The notes under the pieces are model-generated. The model was not told the origin of the DNA. It made no database searches and saw only the letters and a program-made list of their open reading frames with translations. Below, piece after piece: positions 23,169-34,200 of a stretch of 64,000 nucleotides of DNA. Each line of letters starts with the position of its first letter. Positions within the stretch are counted from its first letter, which is position 1. The translations under genes were made by a program, and so were the position numbers. The stretch is from Fidelibacterota bacterium (GTDB lineage Bacteria > Fidelibacterota > Marinisomatia > Marinisomatales > JABMOV01), in assembly GCA_046861395.1 (NCBI GenBank), contig JBHHUC010000001.1:32001-96000 (forward strand), in the 5' to 3' direction.

Positions 23169-24511
23169 TACTTCCCTACGCAAAAGGATTGAAAAACAGA
23201 TTCAATGATATCGTCAGGCGTTGTTTTTCCCAGAACCATATCAACGGCCGTAATGGCCTCTCGCAGTTCCACCGCCACAAGCTCCAGCGGCACGGAAGGT
23301 GAACCCAACAATGCGGAGGCTCGGGACAAAGCGGCTTGGCATGATTCAACGGAATGGAGCTGCCGGGCAGTGGTCAGGGCCAGCTGGGAAGATGAAACCG
23401 TGGACAACCCCAAACGCTCAACCAGGGCGGCTTCCAGACGATCGAGACCACAGCCTGTCTGGGCAGAAACAATCAAGGCCTGTTTTTTCAAGTTGTCCGG
23501 TTGACGACCCTCTGGGATAAGGTCGTATTTATTAAAGACCTCGAGAAAGGGAATATCCGGGATGTCGATTAACGTGTTATTGCTGTGATCATTGGTTAGG
23601 TCGTGTACCACGAGAATACAATCGGCCTCCGCCATGGATCGGCGGGTCCTGCGCACCCCCTCTTTTTCAATCTCGTCCTGAGCTTCGCGCAGTCCGGCTG
23701 TATCCACCAGAGTGACGACTACACCGCGCAGAACCAGAGCGACCTCAATGCTGTCCCGCGTTGTTCCCGGCTTGGGACTGGTAATGGCCCGGTCGCTTCC
23801 GGCCAGAGCATTCAGAAGTGTAGATTTTCCTGCATTAGGCTTTCCAACAATCACAACCCGGGCCCCACGGGTCAGCAGCCGACCCCGGGCGTAAGACTCC
23901 GCCAGCGTGTTCAACTGAGACCGCAAATAGGCTATGCCTTTGTTTAGAGAGTGAATTAAATCCGGCTGAAGTTCGTCTTCGGAAATGTCAAGATCAAACT
24001 CTACCCGCGCCAGCAGGCTGACAAGTGCCGCTTTGATTTCAGTAAAAAGATGGGACAATTGTCCTTTGATGAGACGCGTGTTTAAGGCTGCGCTGACGGT
24101 GGATTGTGCCGAAATTAAAGCACCAACACTTTCGGCCTGGATCAGATCATATTTTCCATTGAGAAAAGCACGTTGGGTAAACTCACCGGGACCGGCCAAA
24201 TCAGCCCCCAGTTCCCTGCAACGCCGAACCAGAGCCTGGACAATTAGGGGATTACCATGACACATGATTTCAACCACATCTTCGCCTGTATATGATTCCG
24301 GCCCTTTATAATACAGTAGAATTCCCTCATCAATTTCGGCACCATTGGCTTCCCGGAACGACGCAAAATGGGCATAGCGTACGCGGAGGGTTTTTTTATT
24401 GACCAGTGTCAGCGCCAGCGAAAGGGAACGAGCGCCACTGAGACGTATAACAGCCAGGCCCCCAACCCCGCCAGGGGTAGCCGGAGCCACAACCGTTGTT
24501 GAGTGTATCAT
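23168..24511 (-). CDS. mnmE: tRNA modification GTPase MnmE (TrmE)
   Basis: SYTGEDVVEI, PGEFTQRAFLNGK, GKPNAGKSTLLN, GTTRD, DTAGLR, NKYD and C-terminal FCVGK. Confidence 0.97.
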   Translation of the reverse strand: MIHSTTVVAPATPGGVGGLAVIRLSGARSLSLALTLVNKKTLRVRYAHFASFREANGAEIDEGILLYYKGPESYTGEDVVEIMCHGNPLIVQALVRRCRELGADLAGPGEFTQRAFLNGKYDLIQAESVGALISAQSTVSAALNTRLIKGQLSHLFTEIKAALVSLLARVEFDLDISEDELQPDLIHSLNKGIAYLRSQLNTLAESYARGRLLTRGARVVIVGKPNAGKSTLLNALAGSDRAITSPKPGTTRDSIEVALVLRGVVVTLVDTAGLREAQDEIEKEGVRRTRRSMAEADCILVVHDLTNDHSNNTLIDIPDIPFLEVFNKYDLIPEGRQPDNLKKQALIVSAQTGCGLDRLEAALVERLGLSTVSSSQLALTTARQLHSVESCQAALSRASALLGSPSVPLELVAVELREAITAVDMVLGKTTPDDIIESVFQSFCVGK

Positions 24512-26199
24512 TTTCGCGGTGGAGATGTATTCTTAACGGTAACCGGAGCCGGCGTGTGTGGCGTCAGATATTTTTGTTGTAATATTGTTAATATATTGAA
24601 GAGTGTGTAATACAGGTTCAGCCCCGATGGAAAACGATAAAAAACAAATAATAAAACCACATTCATCACATACATCATAGATTTATTCTGTCCTGGCTGG
24701 GTGGGCATCATGGATTGCTGGACGATCATGGTAACAGCCATAACAACGGGTAAAACATTTAAAGGAAATCCGGCAATTTCGACCAATGTGTCGGGCGCGG
24801 AGAGATCTTTGATCCAAAGAATAAAAGGAGCGCCACGCAATTCAATGGTTGAACGAAAAACCTGAAACAGGGCGATCAACAACGGCATCTGTAACAACAG
24901 CGGCAGACATCCTCCTAGAGGATTGACACCCATTTCTTTGTACATCTCCATAGTGGCCTTGTTCAATTGCTGCGGATTGTTTTTATATTTCTCCTTTAAA
25001 GCCTGCAGTTGCGGTTGAACTTCCTGCATTTTTCTGGTGGACTGATAGCTTTTCTTTGTTAGTGGGTAAACAACTATTTTTACAAGAATTGAAAACAGAA
25101 TAAGGATAAAACCATAATTGGGAATATATTTATGCATGGATGTCAACAGAAACAGCACGCCACGACTGATGGGTCGAATAACGGACCATCCCATGGTCAT
25201 AGCCTGGTCCACATCGTGCCCCAGTGCCTTGATTCGATTGTATTCCAAGGGGCCAAAGTAAAGGGTTGTGCTTGTGGCGTTGTCCGCCTTCAGGGTCAGG
25301 GCAACATTATACCGCGGGACATTCATGTCATCATATTGGCCGAAGACGACGGCGCCGACGGCGGCAGATTGCGGAATCAAGGCCGAAAGAAAATACTTGG
25401 ACCGCACGGCGACCCAGGCTGTTTGTCCCAGGTAGGATTCGGAAAGCGGTTTATCGTCCTTCATCTTCGGTGTGAACAACTCGTCGCCCTGAAAAACATA
25501 ACCCTTGAAATAAAACAAATCATCCTTACGACTTTTTTCGGTAATTGGCATCCCTCCCCACCAGGAAAGGTCATAAAGGCCCTGTGACAATTCCGGCTCC
25601 AGGAAAGACATGTCCACATCAACGTTTACCCGGTAGGAGTCGGGGAAAAAGGTTAGTGTTTTTATAATTTTTTCATCAAGAAAACGGGTTTCAAATGACA
25701 GGGATAACGACCCGTCATCCACTTGATAGGTGCCTTCCTTGGAGGACGCTTGCCAATGATGATCCAGTCGGAAGTCATCACCGTCGATCGTCCGGCCGGA
25801 AAGAACAAGGTTGCTTCTGTTTTTTGCATCAATGAGATTTACCAGGGAAGAGTCAAACATTGAATATTTATGCAGTTTAAAAGAAAGGAAAGAACCCCCG
25901 TTTTGATTGCTTACAACAGCTTCGTATAGATCGGTGGAAATAATATAGACTCGTTCCTTCGCTTCTTCTGGGAGCGGTACAGTTGCCACGTCTTTTGGCT
26001 CTGCGGGCGCTGTTTCCGATCGAACTTCAGCCGCTGATTGCTTTTCCCGGGTGGGGATTGTGTTGTCCTCCGGAGAGGAAACAGTTTCCCGCTCGACCGG
26101 CGGGCCGGTCGGCGGCGGTGCCACCATTTCCATATAATACGGTGTAATGATAATGATCAGTGCGATGAGAATAAAAGCAGTAATTGTATTTTTATCCAT
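24508..26199 (-). CDS. yidC: Membrane protein insertase YidC
   Basis: N-terminal TM segment, large periplasmic domain, NYGFILILFSILVK, VNPLGGCLPLLLQMP, WIKDLSAPD and PSGLNLYY. Confidence 0.96.
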   Translation of the reverse strand: MDKNTITAFILIALIIIITPYYMEMVAPPPTGPPVERETVSSPEDNTIPTREKQSAAEVRSETAPAEPKDVATVPLPEEAKERVYIISTDLYEAVVSNQNGGSFLSFKLHKYSMFDSSLVNLIDAKNRSNLVLSGRTIDGDDFRLDHHWQASSKEGTYQVDDGSLSLSFETRFLDEKIIKTLTFFPDSYRVNVDVDMSFLEPELSQGLYDLSWWGGMPITEKSRKDDLFYFKGYVFQGDELFTPKMKDDKPLSESYLGQTAWVAVRSKYFLSALIPQSAAVGAVVFGQYDDMNVPRYNVALTLKADNATSTTLYFGPLEYNRIKALGHDVDQAMTMGWSVIRPISRGVLFLLTSMHKYIPNYGFILILFSILVKIVVYPLTKKSYQSTRKMQEVQPQLQALKEKYKNNPQQLNKATMEMYKEMGVNPLGGCLPLLLQMPLLIALFQVFRSTIELRGAPFILWIKDLSAPDTLVEIAGFPLNVLPVVMAVTMIVQQSMMPTQPGQNKSMMYVMNVVLLFVFYRFPSGLNLYYTLFNILTILQQKYLTPHTPAPVTVKNTSPPRK

Positions 26200-26450
26200 T
26201 AGGGTACCGGGTCATAGCCGCCGCGATGCAGCGGTTGGCATTTTGAAATGCGCTTAAGGGTTAAACAAAGGGCGTTGGGGAAAGACTTTTCCGAAAAAGC
26301 CTGATAGGCATAATGGGAACAGGTAGGTGAAAAGCGACAGTGGGGTCGGAGCAGGGGCGAAATAAAAGTTTGATATAGAAAAAGAAGCGCTCTTACGCTG
26401 GCGCGTAAAAGCCGATCAATATATCTGAACAGGCGTCGGATGATAGCCAC
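26199..26450 (-). CDS. yidD: Membrane protein insertion efficiency factor YidD
   Basis: [19 protein letters not shown]...[17 protein letters not shown]. Confidence 0.93.
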   Translation of the reverse strand: MAIIRRLFRYIDRLLRASVRALLFLYQTFISPLLRPHCRFSPTCSHYAYQAFSEKSFPNALCLTLKRISKCQPLHRGGYDPVP

Positions 26451-26454
26451 ACCA

Positions 26455-26589
26455 TTAGGCGGAAAGGACCTTACGTCCCTTTTTTCGTCTGCGGGCGATT
26501 ACACGTCGACCACCGACAGTTGCCATGCGGGCACGGAAGCCGTGTTTATTCTTTCTTTTTCGGCTGCTGGGTTGAAACGTGCGTTTCAT
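26455..26589 (-). CDS. rpmH: 50S ribosomal protein L34
   Basis: Below the ORF-track length cutoff; hand translation gives [44 protein letters not shown], with GGAG SD upstream. Confidence 0.97.
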   Translation of the reverse strand: MKRTFQPSSRKRKNKHGFRARMATVGGRRVIARRRKKGRKVLSA

Positions 26590-26732
26590 TTTCACTCCAT
26601 TTTTAGCCCGGAAAACTATGAAATGATCCAGTGTTTATCCAAAGAAAATAATTTGACCAAAAAAGTTGTAAAATCCTGGGGAAAGCGCTCGGTTCATTCA
26701 AATTTTTTCGAGTAAATTAAATAAAACAGAAC

Positions 26733-26752
26733 TGTGGAAAACTTGTGGATAA
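26733..26752. promoter_or_regulatory. Tandem DnaA boxes at the dnaA start (autoregulation)
   Basis: TGTGGAAAA 26733-26741 and perfect TGTGGATAA 26744-26752, the latter containing the GTG start. A weaker TTATCCAAA lies at 26635-26643. Confidence 0.75.
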
Positions 26753-28106
26753 CTATAGCGCTAGGCACGAAACTTTTTGGCTGAAAGCCAAGAATGAAAT
26801 TAGAAATACACTCCCGGATCACGCGTTCAATACCTGGTTTGAGCCGGTCAATGCCATTGCCCTGACAAAAGATGAATTAATTCTTGAGGTCCCGAATCAG
26901 TTTTTTTATGAATGGCTAAAAAGTCATTATCAGGGGCTTCTGGAAAAAACCGTCAACCAGGCCGGGGAAAACAAGGTTGCCATAAAATTCACCGTATCAG
27001 CCTCGGCCTCAGAAAAGCCGGAATCATGGCAGCGCCTGCAACCGTCCGAGCCGGCACCACCGTCACGGCAACGGACACTGTTGAACAAGAAATACACCTT
27101 TTCCAATTTTATCGAAGGAAAGAATAACCAGTTTGCCAAGGCCGCGGCCCTGACAGTGGCGGAGTCGCCAGGACATGACCAATTCAACCCCCTGGTGATT
27201 TACGGCGGCGTGGGGTTGGGAAAAACCCACCTCTTGCACGCCATCGGAAACCAGATACAGGAAACCAAACCAGATGCCGCAGTGGTTCTGGCTCCCAGTG
27301 AAAAGTTCACCCGCGATTTTATTTCCAGTATCCGGAAAAACAAAACGGTTGAATTTGCCAAAATGTACCGCCGGGCCGATGTCCTTTTAATCGATGATAT
27401 TCAGTTTTTTCAGGGCAAGGAACAAACCCAGGAACAGTTTTTTCACACGTTTAATGATCTGTATCAGACGGGTAAGCAGATTGTCATGACCGCCGATCGT
27501 TACCCGGGAGAGCTGGACGGGTTGATGGACCGACTATTGTCCCGGTTCGAATCTGGATTATCGGTGGATATTCAGCCGCCCAGCTTTGAAACGCGTGTGG
27601 CCATCCTGATGGAAATGAGCGAAGAAAATGGAATGGAATTACCCTATAACCTGATAGAATTCATTGCCATGCATGTAAAATCCAGTGTCCGCGATATTGA
27701 AAGCACACTGATCCGTCTGTTAGCATACAGCTCTCTTTCCAAGGAAGAAATTGATCAGCGTCTGGTGAAAAAAGTTGTTCAAGAACGCCTGGGTAAAAGA
27801 TTAATTGCCGAAGTTTCTGCTGAAGATATTATCAAACGCGTTTCGGAGATTACTCATATACCGGAAAGGGAAATCATTGGAAAAAGCCGGAAAAAAAATA
27901 TTGCCGAAGCCCGTCATTTATCCATCTATTTGATACGAGACATCCTGAACATGCCACTCGTAAATATCGGTTTACACTTCAGCGGCCGGGACCACAGTAC
28001 CATCCTGCACGCCTGCCGGGCGATAGAGGAACGTATTCAAAAAGAGGATCGGATAAACAATACGGTGCAAACGCTCAAACAACAATTGATGGTAGTTTCC
28101 GGATGA
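26745..28106 (+). CDS. dnaA: Chromosomal replication initiator DnaA
   Basis: FNTWF, YTFSNFIEGKNN, NPLVIYGGVGLGKTHLLHAIG, LLIDDIQF, QEQFFHTFN and GRDHSTILHA. Confidence 0.98.
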   Translation: MDNYSARHETFWLKAKNEIRNTLPDHAFNTWFEPVNAIALTKDELILEVPNQFFYEWLKSHYQGLLEKTVNQAGENKVAIKFTVSASASEKPESWQRLQPSEPAPPSRQRTLLNKKYTFSNFIEGKNNQFAKAAALTVAESPGHDQFNPLVIYGGVGLGKTHLLHAIGNQIQETKPDAAVVLAPSEKFTRDFISSIRKNKTVEFAKMYRRADVLLIDDIQFFQGKEQTQEQFFHTFNDLYQTGKQIVMTADRYPGELDGLMDRLLSRFESGLSVDIQPPSFETRVAILMEMSEENGMELPYNLIEFIAMHVKSSVRDIESTLIRLLAYSSLSKEEIDQRLVKKVVQERLGKRLIAEVSAEDIIKRVSEITHIPEREIIGKSRKKNIAEARHLSIYLIRDILNMPLVNIGLHFSGRDHSTILHACRAIEERIQKEDRINNTVQTLKQQLMVVSG

Positions 28107-28168
28107 AAATTTTCCGCAAACCGGAATCGTGATTCAGCGCAAGCTTATTAATTTAGTTTATTATTCAC

Positions 28169-28198
28169 TTGACTGTTTTTCCGACAAAAAGTTATATT
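28169..28198 (+). promoter_or_regulatory. Putative sigma70 promoter of the giant surface-protein gene
   Basis: TTGACT-N18-TATATT; SD AGGAGG before ATG 28274. Confidence 0.45.
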
Positions 28199-28273
28199 GG
28201 CGACACTTTTCGCGTTTTAACCGTAGAGAATAGGCGCGAATAAAAAGTTTTTGAAACAAATAGGAGGTTCAGT

Positions 28274-31200
28274 ATGAGGCGCACGGTAATGATAGTTTTA
28301 TCTTTAGCGTTTCTTTGGTCAAGCTTCAGTTTGGCCGCGGATAAGAGCAGAGATCCGAAAAACAAAGACCAACAGGGAGCACATGAAGGCGTTGTGAAGG
28401 GTCCCGACCTTTCAATCCCAAAAGATTACAAAGATAATAAAGGCGGTATTAAATCGTGGTCCATTGAAGATTATTTAATAGTTACACCAAAGGACAAACA
28501 TAATGCGCTTTTGCAAAGAACTAACAAAAAAACAAGGAGCTACCACCCAGTAAGTAAAATAAAACCGGGACCAGAAAGCCTCCAAAAGAAAGACAAAAGA
28601 ACAGCGGAAATTTCTACCTGGGGTATAAAAGAATATATTGAAAACACGCCAGAGAGCAAAAATACAGCAATTATAAACAGACAAAAATCACCAAGTATTA
28701 CAAGAGGGGAAGCTCCCCAATACAGAGACGGTGTAAAATCAATTTCTGATTATTCTACAGACGAACTATTAAACATTACCCCCAGCAAAACAAAAAGAGA
28801 AGCGATTACCCACGCTAAAACGTTTGTGGTTGGTGGCAGCAGATCACACAACAATACAACAATAAGCCTTACAGTTGATGCTTGGGCATCAGAAGCATCG
28901 TGGAACTTGTATGACTCAACGGCAGGAGCCTACTACTATACAGCCAACCAAACCTTTGCCAGCGGGTATGAAACGCAGACTGTCGTACTAGACCTACTGC
29001 CAGGAACATATTCTATAGACGTCTGGGACAGTTATGGCGACGGAGGTGTTGCCGGAACCGTTACCGACGTAAACGGTGCTGTTTTAGTCTCATGGCTTGA
29101 CAGCGATTACAGTTCTTTTGGTCAATTTGGATTTGAGGTGTTTCCAAGAATGTTTGATGTCAATCTGTCACTTACAGTTGATACTTGGGCCTCAGAAGCA
29201 TCATGGAACTTGTACGACTCGACTGCGGGAGCTTACTATTATACAGCGAATCAGACCTTTACCTCTGGTGGGGAAACACAAAATGTTACAGTTAGCCTTG
29301 CTGGTGGTGTTTATTCCGTAGACGTTTGGGATAGTTATGGCGATGGTGGAATTGCAGGGACGGTTACCGACGCAAATGGAAACGTTTTGGTAACGTGGCT
29401 TGATGGAGACTATGCAGACTTTGGCCAGTTTGGATTTTCAATAGGACTGTTTAATACCACAATAGCGCTTACAGTTGATACTTGGGCCTCAGAGGCGTCA
29501 TGGAACTTGTACGACTCAACGTCAGGCACCTATTATTATACTACGAACCAAACCTTTACCACAGGTGGAGAAACGCAAACAATTGTGTTTCCACTACCCG
29601 CTGGCCATTACTCCGTAGACGTTTGGGATAGTTATGGCGACGGTGGAATTGCGGGGACGGTCACGGATGTAAATGGAAACGTTTTGGTAACGTGGCTTGA
29701 TGGAGACTATGCAGACTTTGGCCAGTTTGGGTTCGAAGTCCTTGTGCCCACAAACGCACCTGACCTCTTCTTTTCGGAGTATGTCGAGGGGAGCGGTAAT
29801 AATAAAGCATTAGAGGTATATAATCCTACAAACGACACACTAAACCTTGATAATTACTTAGTGTACACTAACTATAATGGAAATTCATGGACTGGAATTT
29901 ATACATTTCCAGCCGGGTTTTTATTAGCACCGGGAGATGTTTTTGTCGCTGCGAGTGCAGACGCAGACCCGGAGATATTACAAGCGGCAGATTCAGCCTA
30001 TGCTTATGGTGATGGTGCATTTATCACATCCTTTAATGGTGACGATGTTCGGGGTTTAGCAAGAATCGATGGCACAGACACAACATTTATAGACCTAATA
30101 GGTTTTTATGATATTAACGCTGATACATCAGAAGACCCCGGCTCCGGCTGGGATGTTGCCGGAACAGCTAATGCGACCTCCAATCACACTTTAATCAGGA
30201 AGCAAGATGTTATTTGGGGTAATACCAATTGGACAGCCTCGGCCGGAACAGATTCCGCCAACTCTGAATGGCTGGTCTTTCCGCAGGACTATTCCGCGAA
30301 CCTGGGCGGACACCCGGATGATCCCTGCTGGGGTAATGAGGTAAACTTGACGGTGACCTCGGTAAGTTGGGGAAGTGAAATCAATTTCTATCTTACCAAT
30401 GATCTTGGCGACACACTGATATCCTGCTTCGGATGTATGTCCAGCTATAGCACGTTCACGGAAACTTTCTGTCTCGCTGATGGTTTCTACACCTTCTGGG
30501 GCGCCGATGATTACGGCGACAGTTGGGGTACTGGTGCCGGCTTTGTCTTTACCGATGCCGATGGCAATGTCCTTGCCGCCGGCGACGGCCCAACCAGCGG
30601 CGACGGAACGAACTGGGTAAGTTGGACCTTTGGCGTTGGCGCAACGCCACCGGCTTTTGCTGCCAATATGTATTTCGATATGGGCGGACAGGCCGTTGGT
30701 GCTGGTGCCACAACGCAATCCCTGTACGTCACAAACCCGGGTGGGAGCGATTTAACCGTTTCTGCCGTGGAGGTCTCCGGTGATCCGTTCTCCTCAACTA
30801 CAACCTCATTCACCGTTCCAGGCGGAGCGACCTATCCTGTTGACGTATCTTTTGACCCTGCCACCCCTGATGATTTCGAAGGTTACATGGTGTTTACCAG
30901 CGATGCGGAAACAAGCCCCGATACGGTATGGCTCTTTGGCTTTGGCGTGGACGGCGTCTTCTTTGAGGACTTTGATCCGCCCACCGGATCCTACACGGAC
31001 CTGCCCATGGAAGGCTGGACAATTCTGGATAATAACGGTGATGCTGATTCCATCCCGCAACGGTATAAAACATGGTATCATGATGACTACGGTCTGGATG
31101 GAAGCGGAAACATGGTGGCCTACATGGGTTACAGCAACGGCTATTATGCCGATGAAACCCTGATCACACCCATGATCTCCGTTTCTGAACTGTCGGTAGT

Positions 31201-34200
31201 GGGTTTCTGGATGTACAACAACTATGACCGCGGTTACTTCCTGGATGTATCCTACTCTACCGATGGTACGACCTTCAACTATCTGACATCGGTGCCCATC
31301 CATGATTTCTACGAGTACGTGGAGGTCATCCTGCCAGAAGTTGCGGATCAGCAAATTGCATTCACCTTTGCACCGGACAGCGGAGGCTCCTATGCCTACC
31401 TGAATTTCGACGAAGTAACTGTCTCTGCCGCACCACCAGTGGGAACCATCATGGGTACCGTCACGAATCCCGGCGGCGCACCGATTGAAGGCGTAAATGT
31501 TGGAACGCCCTTCGGAGTCACTGTGACGGATGTTGCCGGTGACTATACTCTGAACTTTCAACCGGTAGGCCTGACGGAATTATGGTTTGATTTGCCCGGC
31601 TATCATCCAGCCTATTTCAATGTGGTGGTGGCAGACAGTGACACTACGGTTCAGGACCTGATCATGGTCCCAGACTCGGCGACCCAATCCACCATGTATT
31701 ACACCGGATTTGAAACAGGCGAAGACACGGGGCAAACCTTTGCCTGGAGCGGGACCCACGCCTTTACGGTTATGGATACTTTCATTACCGGCGTGGACAC
31801 AATCCTGCCGTCTTCCGGCGACTACATGCTGGTCTTCCCCGATTCCGGCGAAGCCTATGATAATAACGATTATGCCTACTGGCTGGGCAATGAATTCATT
31901 GACCTTACCGCCCTCATGGGCGGCGGTTTCCGCTTCCACTATTCGGCTTACATATCGACAGAAAGTGGTTGGGATTATGTCTATCCGGTTATGGCCCTGA
32001 GTGACGGAAATCTATACTGGATGGACGAAGACGGCATGAGCGGTGACGCCGGCGGCTGGTTCGATTATGAGGTGGACCTGTCCTGGGCCATGGCCATGGG
32101 CGCAGAATGGGCTGTTCCCGGCTTTGTCTTTGAAGCCGACGGCTCCGTGATTGGCGGCTTCGGTGCGGCCTTTGATGATGTCGAATTGTTATACGACAGC
32201 TTCTTCCTGGCGCCACCTATGGAGGTGATGGCAGGAAGCTTTGGCTCCGATGTTCCGCTTTCCTGGAACACGCCCGGCCCGACGGGATCCGTCCAATATC
32301 ATCTGACCCAGACGGATCGGAGCAACTTCACATTGTTGTCCGGAGATGAAGACGGTACCTATGCCAGGGGTAAAGGTCCCCTGCCCAAGGAACACCTGGA
32401 CGTGACCTACAATTACAGCAACCCCAACAATGTTGGGCGCGATCTAGCCGGATACAAAGTGTACCGGAAGGAATGGCCCGTGGGCGAACCCGTCCTGCTG
32501 GCAACGGTAACTGAAAACATGTACACCGATACGGATGTCATAGAAGGAACATATTACAATTATGCCGTTTCCGCCCTCTACGATGAAGGCGAAAGCTGGC
32601 CCATGCCGTCTAATGATGTCCACGTTGGTGCCGTGACGCAGTTACCAGCCATTGGATTCAGTGAGGACTTTGAAGGTCTGGCCGGCGGAATCCCGGCTGA
32701 CTGGCAAGCCTTCACGACAAATCCACTGGGTATTTCCTGGGCCACAGGTGATTCGGCAGCAGCGGATACATCCGGCGCCTTCGGCTATGGAACACCGGCC
32801 GGCGGCGATTCTACCGACTTCGCCTTTGTCACCGACGGACGCGGCGGTGACTTTACCTTTGACACCTGGTTATTGTCACCTTTCCTGGATGCCAGTGATG
32901 CCTATTCCGCCCTGGTATCGTTCTCAGGTTATGAGCAGGGCTGGGGCAATTTTCCAGGCAACAGCACCGTCGCACAATTACTGGTCCGTTCGAATATGGG
33001 GCCGTGGTTTGTGGTTACAGACTTCTCCTATGACCACTATGATGGATTTGTTGACTATGCCAACGACATCCAGATGGTGGCGGCCGGACAGGAGTACGTA
33101 CAATTTGCTGTCTTCTATCATCACGAAGGGGGTATGAACTCAGGCGGTGGTAATGGTATAGCAGTTGACAATCTCTCCGTCTTTAATTTTGCCGGACCCA
33201 CCAATCTGGTGGCAACGCCGGGAACCAATGTGGTTGATCTGGAATGGTTGGAACCGTTACGGACACTGGAAAACCTGCCGGAAACACGGGAACTTTCCGC
33301 TGAAAAAGCGACACTTCCGTCCGGAACCGTTTCCAGCTCCGAGCGCGAAACATGCTTCAATCATATGTCAGCCCTGGCCTACTTCTGGTCCTTCACCGAC
33401 TCTCTGAGCGGACCGTCCTCCATTTTTGCCTTCCCCGAAGGCCCCATGGAATTGACGGCAGCTCAGTATGGTGTTTACTTCCCGCCAGACGCCCCGATTG
33501 TGGGCTCACCGGTTGAAATGGCAGTCCTTGTCGCCAATGCCGACTCTACCGGTGCAACAATAGACACAATCTACAGTGGCATAGAAACACTGACGGCCGA
33601 AGCTTATGCCAATACATATGAAGTTGATCTGACCGGCTTGGTCTGGGAAAGCACAGGAAACAACTTCATCAAGGTGCATTTCCGTCCCATGACATGGGCC
33701 GATAGCATTGGTGGCGGTGGGGTGAATCCGGCCTACACACCGGCTCCGCTCAGCGATGACGGCTTATCACCCAGCGGCCTCAGCGGAACTGACAGTGCAG
33801 GCGTGTTCTATCCCTCTGACTACGATTTCGATCTGGCCATTTGTGGAACACCGACCCCGCCGGCCCTGTCCTTCAATATTTACAAAGACGGCATGGTGGT
33901 GGAAGAATACTTTGAAGACCTCTTCTGGAGTGATTTCGATGTATCACCTGCCATTGAATCCTGCTACTACGTTGCAGGTGTTGTGCCGCTGTTCCTGGCT
34001 TCCGATGCCGGTGATATGATCTTTGTTGAAACGGAACGGACCAACGAAGTATGTGCCACGCCGATTAACACCCCGCCAACCGACTTTACCCTATTGGCAC
34101 CGGTGGATGGTGATACGCTCTTCCTGACCCCGGATAACATCGGCATGTCCACCATGTTTGCCTGGACGCCGTCACTGGATCCGGATGGGGAAGAAATCTG

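Noticed and set aside
26393..26455. 20-codon ORF starting at the ATG that overlaps the rpmH stop ([20 protein letters not shown]), considered as an rnpA remnant or a yidD frameshift
   Set aside because: It does not resemble RnpA, and yidD is complete in its own frame from GTG 26450.
26440..26715. 91-aa plus-strand ORF upstream of dnaA
   Set aside because: It is antisense to rpmH and covers the divergent promoter region.
28853..29743. Tandem DNA repeats considered as a CRISPR array or a diversity-generating retroelement template/variable pair
   Set aside because: The units are ~300-bp in-frame protein domains with mostly synonymous differences. There are no spacers, cas genes or reverse transcriptase, and no evident adenine-specific variation.
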